This document shows, one piece after another, positions 32,929 to 43,110 of a stretch of 64,000 nt of DNA. The DNA is from Actinomycetota bacterium (GTDB lineage Bacteria; Actinomycetota; Actinomycetes; Nanopelagicales; Nanopelagicaceae): positions 2,804 to 66,803 of the forward strand of contig CANIBB010000001.1 in assembly GCA_947465575.1 (NCBI GenBank). Reading direction: 5' to 3'. How positions within the stretch are numbered: the first letter of the stretch is position 1; the number at the start of each line of letters is the position of its first letter. The position numbers were made by a program, and so were the translations under genes. Below the pieces are notes generated by a model that saw only the letters and a program-made list of their open reading frames with translations, was not told the origin of the DNA and did no database searches.

Positions 32929-34812
32929 GTGGTATCGCCGCCTCGACTGCGCTTAAAGGCGCAAGTCATTCCGCGGTCGCAGATTCAAGCGGTAGACAAA
33001 CCCTATGTACGAGCGTGGGTTGATACTGGCATCTTTCATCTAGATGGCTCCTATGACTATCTCGTACCGCAGGAGTTCTCGCACAGCGCCGCCATTGGCG
33101 TGAGAATTCAAGTTCCTTTTAACGGACGAGAAGTCGAAGCTATCGTCTTAGAACGTCTTGATGAATCAAGTGTCACTGGAACTATTAAATCAATCACCAA
33201 AGTGCTCTCTCCTCATCAAGTTGCAACAGCGAACTCTCTGGAACTCATCGATGCTGCGGCCAAGCATTGGGCGACTAATCCATTCGACATTGTGCGCTCG
33301 GCAATACCACCTCGAGTGGCAGGCGTGGACAAGAGATTTGTACCTGTGGTCGATACATCAAGCCCTAAGCCACGATTGCGGGAGACCTACTCCTTCCACG
33401 CATTAGATCCATATGTAGAACCGGCTGATCAGGTAATTAGCATGGCTAAGCGATCGTTGAGCGATGGTTCAGTATTGATAATTGCACCTGATGAGAGTGA
33501 TATCAATGCTCTGTGTAAGAGTGCCCAGGATGCTGGAGTTGATTTCATTCGCCTAGATAGCTCACAATCCCGTGCGGAGCGATACGAAAACTATTTACGT
33601 GCCATGCGTGGCAAAAAGAGTGTGATTATTGGAGCACGTGGAGCTGCCTTTACTCCAGTTGATGATTTAGTAAGTGTCATTGTATATAAAGAGTCATCCC
33701 ACGAGCATTTCGAGATTCGAAGTCCTGGCTGGAATGTGCGGGATGTTGTTCAAATGCGGAGAACTCTTGAAAGCATCGACGTTATCTTTACGGGCTACGT
33801 TCCCTCCCTCGAAATCTCCGCTCTCATAGATTCGAAGAAGTTAAAGTATTTAAACAAATCGCATCGTTTAAGGGTGAAGGCTTTTTCATCTGATGATGGC
33901 GCCTTGCTTCCCGGGAAAATATTCTCTGATATTCGAAGCGCTTTAGCCTCCGGCCCCGTTCTCTTCGTAGTTCCGCGCAAAGGATATGGAAACGCTCTGC
34001 TGTGCGCGCATTGTAAAAATCTTGCCAGGTGTAGTTGCGGCGCCAGATTGGTAGTCGGATCAAAGGGAGCCGCCCCTTCTTGTGAAGTGTGTCAATCCAC
34101 GTATCCCGATTGGTCCTGCACATGGTGCCAAAGAAATAAGCAGTATCTAGCGGGCCGAGGCATCGAACGCGCAGCCGAGGAGATTTCAAGAGCCTTCCCA
34201 GGCTCGCCTCTTGTTTTATCTTTTGGCGATGTTATTAAAACGGAGATAGAGAATAAATCGATTATCGTTTTAGCAACACCAGGGGCCGCGCCAAAAGTAG
34301 TTGGGGGGTATGCCGCCGTCGTTATGCTCGAAGGCCTGAAGCTTTTTTCCCATCCCGATTTGCGAGCTCAAGAGCGTGCACGTGAACTCTTCTTCGAAAC
34401 AGCTGCTATGACTCATCCAAAGGGCGTGGTCCTTTTGTGCATCGATGAATCACATCCAATCGTTGCGTCCCTTGTTAGATGGAACCCTGGAGCGATGATT
34501 CGACGGGAGTTAGAAGAGCGCTTGGAGATCCCATTGCCACCATATGTATCGAGTTTTGTAATAAGCGGTGAATCCAAAGAGTTCACTTCAATTGCTACAG
34601 GCTTAAAAAAGGCGGTCTCTGATGCACGTATACCTTCATCAATTCGAGTATATGGACCCAGCGAAATAGGGAGCACGCAAGCCAGAATTGTCTTGTACTG
34701 CCCGCAGGAAGACTCTGCTGCGTTAACTTCTTTTCTTCACGAGTTGCAACGTAGGCGCAGTATTGCAAAAAAGGATTTCCTGTCTATGAGAATCGATCCA
34801 TATTCGGTGTAA
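32929..34812 (+). CDS. priA: Primosomal protein N' (PriA), helicase-degenerate actinobacterial type
   Basis: N-terminal YDYLVP/VPFNGR, Cys cluster (CAHC, CSC, CEVC, CTWC), GIERAAEE, C-terminal RIDP; no recognisable Walker A or DExH. Confidence 0.9.
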   Translation: MVSPPRLRLKAQVIPRSQIQAVDKPYVRAWVDTGIFHLDGSYDYLVPQEFSHSAAIGVRIQVPFNGREVEAIVLERLDESSVTGTIKSITKVLSPHQVATANSLELIDAAAKHWATNPFDIVRSAIPPRVAGVDKRFVPVVDTSSPKPRLRETYSFHALDPYVEPADQVISMAKRSLSDGSVLIIAPDESDINALCKSAQDAGVDFIRLDSSQSRAERYENYLRAMRGKKSVIIGARGAAFTPVDDLVSVIVYKESSHEHFEIRSPGWNVRDVVQMRRTLESIDVIFTGYVPSLEISALIDSKKLKYLNKSHRLRVKAFSSDDGALLPGKIFSDIRSALASGPVLFVVPRKGYGNALLCAHCKNLARCSCGARLVVGSKGAAPSCEVCQSTYPDWSCTWCQRNKQYLAGRGIERAAEEISRAFPGSPLVLSFGDVIKTEIENKSIIVLATPGAAPKVVGGYAAVVMLEGLKLFSHPDLRAQERARELFFETAAMTHPKGVVLLCIDESHPIVASLVRWNPGAMIRRELEERLEIPLPPYVSSFVISGESKEFTSIATGLKKAVSDARIPSSIRVYGPSEIGSTQARIVLYCPQEDSAALTSFLHELQRRRSIAKKDFLSMRIDPYSV

Positions 34813-34833
34813 GTTCTTTGATAGGATTACCAA

Positions 34834-35385
34834 ATGAGCGCGCAAGAGATACGTCACTTCGGAGATCCCGTTCTCATTACCCCGGCCGCACCCGTAGTTG
34901 ATTTTGATAAAGAGTTGCGTACATTAATAGCTGATTTAACCCAGACGATGCTGGATGCTCCAGGTGCTGGTTTAGCTGCGCCTCAAATCGGTGTATCACT
35001 GCGTGCATTTGTATGGCACGTGGATGATGCCTTAGGGCATCTGATTAATCCCACCCTGGTACTCAGTGGTGAAATCGAAGAGGACGAGGAGGGTTGCTTG
35101 TCATTTCCTGACTTGACGTATCCAACACCCCGTTCTTTACGTGCAGTCGCATCTGGTTTTAATATGTTTGGTGAGCCAATACAAGTTGATGGATCTGAAC
35201 TTCTTGCCAGAGCGTTGCAACATGAGAGCGATCATTTGGATGGGATTTTGTTCATCGATCGCATGAGCAAGGCCAATCGAAAGCTTGCAATGAAGGAGAT
35301 TCGGGAGTCTGATTGGTTCAATGAGGCGGAAAGCAAGATCGTAATTAAACAATCGCCCCACACAATCTTCGGACGGATTTCTTAG
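34834..35385 (+). CDS. def: Peptide deformylase
   Basis: GAGLAAPQIG, EGCLS, QHESDHLDG. Confidence 0.97.
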   Translation: MSAQEIRHFGDPVLITPAAPVVDFDKELRTLIADLTQTMLDAPGAGLAAPQIGVSLRAFVWHVDDALGHLINPTLVLSGEIEEDEEGCLSFPDLTYPTPRSLRAVASGFNMFGEPIQVDGSELLARALQHESDHLDGILFIDRMSKANRKLAMKEIRESDWFNEAESKIVIKQSPHTIFGRIS

Positions 35386-36290
35386 TGCATATCGGAGTAG
35401 CTGCTACTCCAGATGTAGCGATTCCAACATTAAACTGGTTGCTTGAGTCTGAGCATGAAATCGCCCTTGTTATCTCTCAACCAGATCGTCCAGCAGGACG
35501 CGGACGTGAACTCACACCCTCGCCTGTGACTCTATGGGCTCAAGACAGAGGTGTTGGACTTCTGCGCCCGCACTCTCCGAGTGAGCTCATTGGTGCTATC
35601 GAAACTTTGGATCTCGTTCTGACTATTGGATATGGGACGCTTTTACCCGAATCCATACTCTCTTTGCCTCGTCATGGATTTATAAATCTTCATTTCTCCC
35701 TTCTTCCGGCCTACCGTGGTGCAGCTCCAGCGCAACGAGCGATTGAAAATGGCGAGAGCGTTACTGGAGTTACGGTCTTTTCTTTAGATAAAGGAATGGA
35801 TACCGGTCCGATTTACACGGCAACTGAGCTAGCGATCGACAAAGATTGGCGATCGTTGGAGTTATTGAAAGCTTTAGCAGAGTTAGGTCCTCAGGTAGTT
35901 AATGAGGCTTTGCTGGCGATTGAATCAGGAGTTAAACCGCATCCACAAATCGGTTTGGCAACGCTTGCTCCTAAGATTACAAAGCAAGATGCTCGCCTCA
36001 AGTGGAGTTTGTCTTCGGAGGTACTCTCTCGCAAGATTCGTGCCTTTTATCCTGCGCCATGCGCGTGGACCACATGGGAAGAAAATACTTTCAAGATTAC
36101 GAGGGCGGCGATTAGCACGATAGATGTTCCTGTGGGTGAAGTAGTAGTGATTGATGGTGACGTCATAGTTGGGTGCGGTTCGCGGACCGCTTTACGTCTT
36201 GACTCGGTAGTTCCGGCTGGCAAGAGGGAAATGACCGCAACTGAGTGGGCGCGCGGTGCGCGATTGGTTCAAGGTGCCCATTTTGGTTGA
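35385..36290 (+). CDS. fmt: Methionyl-tRNA formyltransferase
   Basis: QPDRPAGRG, NLHFSLLPAYRGAAP, GMDTGP. Confidence 0.96.
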   Translation: MHIGVAATPDVAIPTLNWLLESEHEIALVISQPDRPAGRGRELTPSPVTLWAQDRGVGLLRPHSPSELIGAIETLDLVLTIGYGTLLPESILSLPRHGFINLHFSLLPAYRGAAPAQRAIENGESVTGVTVFSLDKGMDTGPIYTATELAIDKDWRSLELLKALAELGPQVVNEALLAIESGVKPHPQIGLATLAPKITKQDARLKWSLSSEVLSRKIRAFYPAPCAWTTWEENTFKITRAAISTIDVPVGEVVVIDGDVIVGCGSRTALRLDSVVPAGKREMTATEWARGARLVQGAHFG

Positions 36291-37635
36291 AGCCCGCAGA
36301 AACACTTTTAAATCACCTAAACCAGATGCTGCACGTTTATTGGCCTTTGATCTCATTACCGAGGTCAATCGAAATGATGGTTATTCAAATCTTTTATTAC
36401 CGCAAGCGTTGAGCTCTAGCACGCTAGAGGAACGGGGTCGTAATTTAGTGACGGAGTTGGTCTACGGCACATTACGTATGCAGGGCAAACACGATTGGGT
36501 TTTAGCTCAGATTAGTGATCGACCATGGTCAGAAGTAGATCCTGGGATTATTGATGTTGCACGGCTGGGAGTGCATCAAATACATGAGATGCGCATCCCG
36601 GACCATGCAGCAGTTGCGGCAACGGTCGAAGTTGCGCGCAAGAGAGTCGGTGAATCCAAGGCGAGTTTTGTAAATGCTCTCCTTAGAAGCGTCACGCGCA
36701 GATCAATTGATGATTGGTTTGCACCGTTACTGGAGATCAAAGATCCAGTAGAGAGATTCTCTATTCAGTATTCACATCCAGAGTGGATTATTTCGGCTTA
36801 CTACGATCTTTTAAAGGATTGGCAACAAGTTGAGGCGGCGCTTGCAATTAATAACGTGCCTGCATTACCAACATTGGTCTCCTGGCCCGGTTATTCAACG
36901 CAAGAAGAGCTCGTCGCCCTTGGCGCCGAAGCGACTACGTACTCATCTTTGGGTGCGAGATGGAAAGGCAATCCAGGCTCTCTCGAAATAATTCGCCACA
37001 GATTGGCAGGTGTGCAAGATGAGGGGTCACAGTTAGTTGCAACGGTATTTGCCTCGGTCGCCAACGGCTCCTCATGGCTAGATTTATGTGCAGGTCCCGG
37101 TGGAAAAGCGGCCTTACTCTCCTCCATCGCAGCGGAGCGACACATTACATTTACAGCAAATGAGATCTCCACCCCGCGTGCAGATTTAGTTCGGCGTGTT
37201 GTTCATGGTGCGCGAGTGTGGACTGGTGACGGTCGAGAAGTTGCTACTCATAATGAACTCTTTGATGCCGTACTCATTGATGCGCCATGTACAGGTTTGG
37301 GTGCCCTCAGAAGACGACCTGAAGTGCGTTGGCGACGAACATTGCAAGATCTACGCGAACTAACTGCGCTACAACGCGAGCTGATTAACTCTGCCATCTC
37401 TGTACTCAATCTCGAAGGCATACTTGGTTATGCAACCTGCTCTCCGCACTTGGCTGAAACTACGGTTCAAGTCAACGAGATTATTAAGAAACATCCTGAA
37501 ATGGAGTTAGTAGATATAACCCCATATCTGCCACAGGGCTTGCATAATGCAACGAGAGCCGGCGCCATGGCCTTGTGGACGCATATCCATGGCACGGATG
37601 CGATGTTTCTAGCAGTGTTACGCAAGAAAAGTTAG
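36283..37635 (+). CDS. rsmB: 16S rRNA m5C967 methyltransferase RsmB/Sun
   Basis: NusB-like N-terminus, VQDEGSQL, DLCAGPGGK, DAPCTG, ATCS; start codon (TTG 36283) uncertain. Confidence 0.92.
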   Translation: MVEARRNTFKSPKPDAARLLAFDLITEVNRNDGYSNLLLPQALSSSTLEERGRNLVTELVYGTLRMQGKHDWVLAQISDRPWSEVDPGIIDVARLGVHQIHEMRIPDHAAVAATVEVARKRVGESKASFVNALLRSVTRRSIDDWFAPLLEIKDPVERFSIQYSHPEWIISAYYDLLKDWQQVEAALAINNVPALPTLVSWPGYSTQEELVALGAEATTYSSLGARWKGNPGSLEIIRHRLAGVQDEGSQLVATVFASVANGSSWLDLCAGPGGKAALLSSIAAERHITFTANEISTPRADLVRRVVHGARVWTGDGREVATHNELFDAVLIDAPCTGLGALRRRPEVRWRRTLQDLRELTALQRELINSAISVLNLEGILGYATCSPHLAETTVQVNEIIKKHPEMELVDITPYLPQGLHNATRAGAMALWTHIHGTDAMFLAVLRKKS

Positions 37636-37644
37636 GATATTCCT

Positions 37645-38310
37645 ATGTCACGAGAGATTCGTATTACCCCCAGCATTCTCAACGCAGATTTGAATAATCT
37701 AGAGTACGAAATCTCGCGGATAGCGGCGCAGTCAGATCTGATACATCTAGATGTTATGGATAATATTTTCGTACCGAATTTCACCTTCGATTTCGCTCGT
37801 GCTAGTCAGATTATCGCCTCATGTCCCATAGCAGTCGATGCGCATTTGATGGTTGCAGATGTTGATTCGATCGCGCCCGCCTATGCCGAGGTGGGCTGCG
37901 CCAGCGTGACGATTCATGCTGAGGCAGCAAATGATATTTCACAAACTCTTCGATCGATAAGAAAAGCTGGCGCGCGCGCAGGACTAGCCTTGAAGCCAGG
38001 TACGCCCATAGAAGATTATGAAAACTTTCTTAGTGATGTCGATATGTTTCTCATCATGACTGTCGAACCTGGTTTTGGTGGACAGAAATTTATGCATGAG
38101 ATGATGGCGAAAGTTAAACGTGCTCGAAAGATTATTGGAGACCGCCCTATTTGGCTGCAAGTCGATGGGGGAGTCTCATTAGAGACTATTTCGGAGGCGG
38201 CAGAAGCTGGGGCCGACGTGTTTGTTGCTGGAAGTGCCGTATTTAATGCCGATGATCCAGCTGCAATGATTCTCTCCCTGCGCAATTTAGCAAGCTCTGT
38301 GGCATACTAA
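37645..38310 (+). CDS. rpe: Ribulose-phosphate 3-epimerase
   Basis: HLDVMD, MTVEPGFGGQ, VDGG, VAGSA. Confidence 0.97.
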   Translation: MSREIRITPSILNADLNNLEYEISRIAAQSDLIHLDVMDNIFVPNFTFDFARASQIIASCPIAVDAHLMVADVDSIAPAYAEVGCASVTIHAEAANDISQTLRSIRKAGARAGLALKPGTPIEDYENFLSDVDMFLIMTVEPGFGGQKFMHEMMAKVKRARKIIGDRPIWLQVDGGVSLETISEAAEAGADVFVAGSAVFNADDPAAMILSLRNLASSVAY

Positions 38311-38318
38311 CGCCCAAG

Positions 38319-38441
38319 TTGTTCCGGGGGTCGGTGATAATTCCGAACCGGCGGTAAAGTCCGCGACCCGATCACATCCAGTGATCGGTTGATTTGGTGA
38401 AAATCCAAAACCGACAGTTAAAGTCTGGATAAAGGAACATA
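38319..38441 (+). ncRNA. FMN riboswitch (RFN element)
   Basis: GGGGTCGGTG..ATTCCGAACCGGCGGTAAAGTCCGCGA...TTGATTTGGTGAAAATCCAAAACCGACAGTTAAAGTCTGGAT; P1 formed by GTTCC/GGAAC. Confidence 0.95.
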
Positions 38442-38476
38442 CAGTTGGGTGCACCGTGCATTCAGCTGTTCTGTTG

Positions 38477-38503
38477 CTTCCTGGAGCTTTTTATCCTAGG
38501 AAG
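38477..38503 (+). promoter_or_regulatory. SD-sequestering hairpin (FMN riboswitch expression platform)
   Basis: CTTCCTGG...CTAGGAAG pairs over the AGGAAGG SD of the downstream gene. Confidence 0.6.
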
Positions 38504-38511
38504 GTACAACT

Positions 38512-39201
38512 GTGAATATCATTACTTGGCTTTTTGAAACAAATATTAATTTTGGTAGCAAATCTATCGCCGTGCGTGAAATTGTCGGCGGAACGTTAGG
38601 TTTAACAAGTGCAATTTTTGGAATGCGTCGGAAAATTTGGGCATGGCCAATTGGAATTCTCGGAGATGCTCTACTTTTTACCGTCTTTTTGGGCGCGGTC
38701 TTTGCTTATGCAGATCAACCTTCAGCTAATTTCTATGGTCAAGCTAGTCGCAATCTCTTGCTCATCTTTGTTAGCGTCTATGGTTGGATTCGCTGGTCGC
38801 AGCATCGCAAGAGTCATGGCAATTCCAAACATGCTGTGACACCACGATGGACAACAAGTCGGGAGAAAATGATGCTCGCCCCGATTATCGTTGTATTTTT
38901 CCTTCTCTCCATGCAGATTTTTAAGGCGCTAGGTGAGACTGGTACTTGGTTACTTGTAGATACTTGGATATTCACGGGTACGGCACTTGCAACTTTTGGC
39001 ATGAGCCGTGGTTATGTTGAGTTTTGGTTAGTGTGGGTAGCCGTTGATCTAGTGGGCGTTCCCTTTGCCTTTAGCAATGGCTATTACCCCACGGGCACTC
39101 TTTATGCCATTTATCTCCCCTTTGTTATCTGGGGATTCATCTCATGGCTACGCATCTCTAAAGTCGAAGCAAATGGTCAACGTGTGGTTATAGCTTCATA
39201 G
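38512..39201 (+). CDS. pnuX: PnuC-family riboflavin transporter (PnuX/RibM)
   Basis: [22 protein letters not shown] PnuC motifs; directly under an FMN riboswitch. Confidence 0.88.
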   Translation: MNIITWLFETNINFGSKSIAVREIVGGTLGLTSAIFGMRRKIWAWPIGILGDALLFTVFLGAVFAYADQPSANFYGQASRNLLLIFVSVYGWIRWSQHRKSHGNSKHAVTPRWTTSREKMMLAPIIVVFFLLSMQIFKALGETGTWLLVDTWIFTGTALATFGMSRGYVEFWLVWVAVDLVGVPFAFSNGYYPTGTLYAIYLPFVIWGFISWLRISKVEANGQRVVIAS

Positions 39202-39214
39202 TAAAGTAACCACC

Positions 39215-39478
39215 ATGAAATCCTTTGATGCTCTCTGGATCGAGCTTGCAGCCACATTGGCAACTCGCCCAGAGGGTTCTGGGACCGTAGCTGCCGTTGA
39301 TGCCGGAGTTCATAGCATCGGTAAGAAAATCTTGGAGGAGGCGGGGGAAGTCTGGTTAGCGGCAGAACATGAATCAGATGATGCGCTAGCCGAAGAGATA
39401 AGCCAACTGATTTATCATCTCCAGACCATGATGCTTGCCCGTGGCTTGACCCCTGATGACATTTACAAATACCTTTAA
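39215..39478 (+). CDS. hisE: Phosphoribosyl-ATP diphosphatase
   Basis: [32 protein letters not shown]. Confidence 0.95.
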   Translation: MKSFDALWIELAATLATRPEGSGTVAAVDAGVHSIGKKILEEAGEVWLAAEHESDDALAEEISQLIYHLQTMMLARGLTPDDIYKYL

Positions 39479-39493
39479 GAGAATCGAGTAAGC

Positions 39494-40339
39494 ATGTTGC
39501 GTATTGCCGTACCAAATAAAGGCTCACTTGCCGATGCTTCGATTGCAATCTTAAAAGAGGCTGGATATAGCCAGCGCACTGATAGTCGTGATTTAATTTT
39601 AGTTGATAGTGAAAATAACGTTGAGTTTTACTATTTACGCCCTCGTGATATTGCAATCTATGTCGGCTCGGGTGAGTTAGAGGCAGGAATCACGGGAAGA
39701 GATCTATTAATCGACTCCTCGGCCAAGGCAACTGAGCTTTTAGCCTTGGATTTCGGAGGCTCTACCTTTCGATTCGCTGGCCCAATTGATCGGGAGTGGG
39801 TTCTGAGTGATATATCCGGCAAGCGTGTTGCAACTGCTTATCCTGGTTTAGTCAGCGACTACCTATCATCACGCTCGATTACGGCAGATGTGGTTCGACT
39901 AGATGGAGCGGTAGAGAGCAGTGTTCGATTAGGTGTTGCCGATGTTATCGCCGATGTTGTGAGTACAGGTAATACGTTGCGTCAGGCCGGGCTAAAAATA
40001 TTTGGTGATGCGATATTAACAAGTGAGGCGATCGTTATTTCGCGCACGGGCTTTGATATTCCAGCTGAGTTAGAGGTCCTTATCCGCCGTTTGCAGGGTG
40101 TAGTGACAGCCCGCAGATACGTTTTACTTGATTACGATATTCCTAAAATTAAGGTAGAGGCGGCGTGTGCAATCACACCCGGCTTAGAATCTCCTACGAT
40201 CTCGCCCTTACAAAAAGCTGATTGGGTTGCAGTTCGTGCGATGGTCTTACGCAAAGATACAAACCGTGTCATGGATGAGCTCTGGAATGTAGGAGCTCGA
40301 GGGATATTAGTAACTGATATTCACGCCTGCAGATTATAG
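39494..40339 (+). CDS. hisG: ATP phosphoribosyltransferase (long form)
   Basis: IAVPNKGSL, RPRDI, DGAVE, DVVSTGNTL, PGLESPT. Confidence 0.97.
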   Translation: MLRIAVPNKGSLADASIAILKEAGYSQRTDSRDLILVDSENNVEFYYLRPRDIAIYVGSGELEAGITGRDLLIDSSAKATELLALDFGGSTFRFAGPIDREWVLSDISGKRVATAYPGLVSDYLSSRSITADVVRLDGAVESSVRLGVADVIADVVSTGNTLRQAGLKIFGDAILTSEAIVISRTGFDIPAELEVLIRRLQGVVTARRYVLLDYDIPKIKVEAACAITPGLESPTISPLQKADWVAVRAMVLRKDTNRVMDELWNVGARGILVTDIHACRL

Positions 40340-40343
40340 ATTT

Positions 40344-41537
40344 TTAATCCTCTTCAACGGCCTCACGTGGTATTCCTAGTAGGTAAAGGGCCGAATCAAG
40401 ATATGGGCCGCTGAGACTGCTATCTGCTGCAGCCTTAACCGCGGGTTTGGCATTGAAGGCGATACCAAGGCCAGCAGCTGCGATCATGTCCAAATCATTT
40501 GCGCCATCTCCGATTGCCACGGTCTGATCCATTGAGATTGTTTCAATCGCAGCGAAATCACGGAGCGCTTGGGCCTTTGCAGCGCGATCAATGATTGGCC
40601 CGACAAGGCCCCCAGTGAGGATTCCGTTGTCTATCTCAAGTCGGTTTGCACGAAAATGAACAATTCCAAGTTCTGCTATTAAAGGCGCGATTACATCGAC
40701 AAAACCACCAGAGACTATCGAGATGCTATGACCTAAACGCTGCAATGTACGTATCAAGGTTCGTGCACCTGGCGTTAAGACGATCTCACTTTGAACCTCT
40801 GCCAATGCTGATTCAGGCAGGCCTTTGAGTAGTGCAACCCTTGCCCGCAGTGAACTTTCGAAATCTAACTCTCCGCGCATCGCAGATTCGGTTATCTCTC
40901 TTACTTGCGCACCTACTCCCGCTTTCGCGGCGAGCAGTTCTATTACCTCTTGTTTTATCAAAGTTGAATCGACATCAAGCTGCACAAGTTTCTTAGCAAA
41001 ACGCATATGACCGCCAGTTTGAACTGAAATATCCACTCTATGTAGTGCCGCCACAGGAGCAAGGGCCGCTGCGACTATCTCTTGAGGAGCGCCTGAAACC
41101 ACCAGCTCAATTGCCGTAACAGGAGTTGAGGCGGTTCGAGTAATGCGTTCAATGTTGGCACCTGTCGCACTGATAGCTCCAGCAATCTGCGCGATAGCTA
41201 CCGGCAGAAGCTTTGAGCCGAATAAAACGACATGCAGTAATCCTTTTTTAGATGCAATGCTAGAACTACTAGTGGTTGCAAAAAGTGTTGCAATATCTAC
41301 ATCCATTTGTGATGCGCATTCCATCAAATCGCTCTCGATGGCTTTTTCATGGGCGGGGCTGAGGGCGATAAGAACGGTCAAAATCAAGCGGTTGCTTATG
41401 ATCACCTGCTCGATATCTAAAATTGAAATTGAGAATGGGGCCAGCGTGCTAAAAAGCGCTTCGGTGATTCCTGGCCTGTCGACTCCGCTTAGGAGAATTA
41501 GACCCGTGAACTGCTCATTTTCGTTTTCTGTTGCCAT
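40344..41537 (-). CDS. serB: Phosphoserine phosphatase SerB with N-terminal ACT domains
   Basis: GVDRPGIT ACT motif, DVDSTL, SGGF, GDGANDL. Confidence 0.95.
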   Translation of the reverse strand: MATENENEQFTGLILLSGVDRPGITEALFSTLAPFSISILDIEQVIISNRLILTVLIALSPAHEKAIESDLMECASQMDVDIATLFATTSSSSIASKKGLLHVVLFGSKLLPVAIAQIAGAISATGANIERITRTASTPVTAIELVVSGAPQEIVAAALAPVAALHRVDISVQTGGHMRFAKKLVQLDVDSTLIKQEVIELLAAKAGVGAQVREITESAMRGELDFESSLRARVALLKGLPESALAEVQSEIVLTPGARTLIRTLQRLGHSISIVSGGFVDVIAPLIAELGIVHFRANRLEIDNGILTGGLVGPIIDRAAKAQALRDFAAIETISMDQTVAIGDGANDLDMIAAAGLGIAFNAKPAVKAAADSSLSGPYLDSALYLLGIPREAVEED

Positions 41538-41623
41538 AATGAGGAGAAGGTTATCGCGAATCACGCTGCGCCAAAGCAGATAATGGCCTCGCTTTACCCC
41601 TTTACGCAGTATCTTTTTGCCCT

Positions 41624-42415
41624 ATGGGGAGTTCATCGGTTTTAGAAATCACGGGTGTCTCTGTCCGTCGCGAAGAGAAGATTATTCTTGGACCAATTGA
41701 TTTCTCGGTTAATGCGGGGGAGCGTTGGGTAATTCTTGGTCCCAATGGTGCGGGTAAATCTACACTTCTACAAATCCTCTCTACGAGAATTCACCCAACA
41801 ACAGGCACCGTAAAGATTCTAGATAAAACCATGGGCCGTGTAGATCTCTTTGAACTGCGCACTCGAATTGGTATTTGTGGGGCATTAAATGCCGAAGATA
41901 TTCCGTGGGATGAGCTTGTAAGAGATGTAGTTTTGACGGCCGCCTATGCCGTTCTTGGTCGTTGGAATGAAGTTTATGATTTATGGGATGAGTCTCGTGC
42001 GATTGCACTGCTTACGGTTTTTGGAGTGAGAGAGTTTGCAGATCGTCGCTATGGGACATTAAGTGAGGGAGAGCGCAAGCGTGTCCAAATTGCGCGAGCT
42101 CTAATGACTGATCCAGAGCTTCTCTTGTTGGATGAGCCTGCCGCCGGACTAGATGTTGGAGGCCGTGAGGATCTGCTTCGCAGATTTGCTGAATTCTCTA
42201 ATGATCCGAGTGCTCCAGCAACCGTTCTTGTTACACACCACATAGAAGAGATTCCTTTAGGGACTACGCACGCACTATTGCTTAAAGATGGAGCCATAGC
42301 TGTTTCAGGGCCAGTCTTTGATGTAATTACCAGCGAGCACATATCCGCGATTTTCCAAACACCGATTGAAGTCACGAGCACAGCAGGTAGATTTTCAGCT
42401 CGCGCTAAGGCGTAG
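41624..42415 (+). CDS. ABC transporter ATP-binding protein (ModF-like, no adjacent permease)
   Basis: GPNGAGKST, LSEGE, LLLDEP, VTHH. Confidence 0.9.
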   Translation: MGSSSVLEITGVSVRREEKIILGPIDFSVNAGERWVILGPNGAGKSTLLQILSTRIHPTTGTVKILDKTMGRVDLFELRTRIGICGALNAEDIPWDELVRDVVLTAAYAVLGRWNEVYDLWDESRAIALLTVFGVREFADRRYGTLSEGERKRVQIARALMTDPELLLLDEPAAGLDVGGREDLLRRFAEFSNDPSAPATVLVTHHIEEIPLGTTHALLLKDGAIAVSGPVFDVITSEHISAIFQTPIEVTSTAGRFSARAKA

Positions 42416-42416
42416 C

Positions 42417-43055
42417 GTGAGTCTGTTTGACCAGTTACATCCAGATTGGCAAAGTGCGCTCGAGCCTTTTCGCCCAAATCTCTTAAGCATTGATCGTGCC
42501 TTAGAAGGCGAAGTTATTGCTCCGGAGTATAAGAATGTGATGAGAGCGCTCACGACTCCTATTGACTCCATTCGTGTCGCAATTATTGGCCAAGATCCAT
42601 ATCCAACTCCAGGGTTTGCTCATGGCTTTGCTTTCTCGGTCTCACGGGAGATTGTGAAGTTGCCCGCTTCTCTCAAGAATGTTTTTAAGGAGTTAGAGAG
42701 CGATTGCGGAGTTGCTATGCCGATTAACGGAGATCTCTCACATTGGTCAGAGCAAGGAGTATTGCTTCTCAATCGGATATTAACGACACGTGCCGGTCAT
42801 TCTTTGGCCCACGTTGATATTGGATGGCAAGAGATTACTGATGAGGTTGCACGTCAGCTTGGTCAGCGGTCGGTAGTTGCGCTCTTATGGGGTAAATCGG
42901 CGCAAGAGCTTGCGCATTACTTCCCAGCAGAGCTAGTGATTACTTCTGCCCACCCAAGCCCTCTTTCGGCTTATCGCGGTTTTTTTGGCTCCAAACCCTT
43001 CTCTGCTGTTAATAGTATCTTGCTAAGCAAAGGGCAACAGGAGATTAAATGGTAA
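42417..43055 (+). CDS. ung: Uracil-DNA glycosylase (family 1)
   Basis: GQDPYP, GVLLLN, HPSPLSA; start GTG 42417. Confidence 0.96.
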   Translation: MSLFDQLHPDWQSALEPFRPNLLSIDRALEGEVIAPEYKNVMRALTTPIDSIRVAIIGQDPYPTPGFAHGFAFSVSREIVKLPASLKNVFKELESDCGVAMPINGDLSHWSEQGVLLLNRILTTRAGHSLAHVDIGWQEITDEVARQLGQRSVVALLWGKSAQELAHYFPAELVITSAHPSPLSAYRGFFGSKPFSAVNSILLSKGQQEIKW

Positions 43056-43095
43056 AAGATAAAGCCCCGCAGAAATATCCGCGGGGCTTTATCTT
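43056..43095. terminator. Bidirectional intrinsic terminator between ung and the NCS2 permease
   Basis: Perfect 15-bp inverted repeat AAGATAAAGCCCCGC / GCGGGGCTTTATCTT with 10-nt loop between convergent genes. Confidence 0.85.
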
Positions 43096-43110
43096 GAGAT
43101 TTCTTAGATA

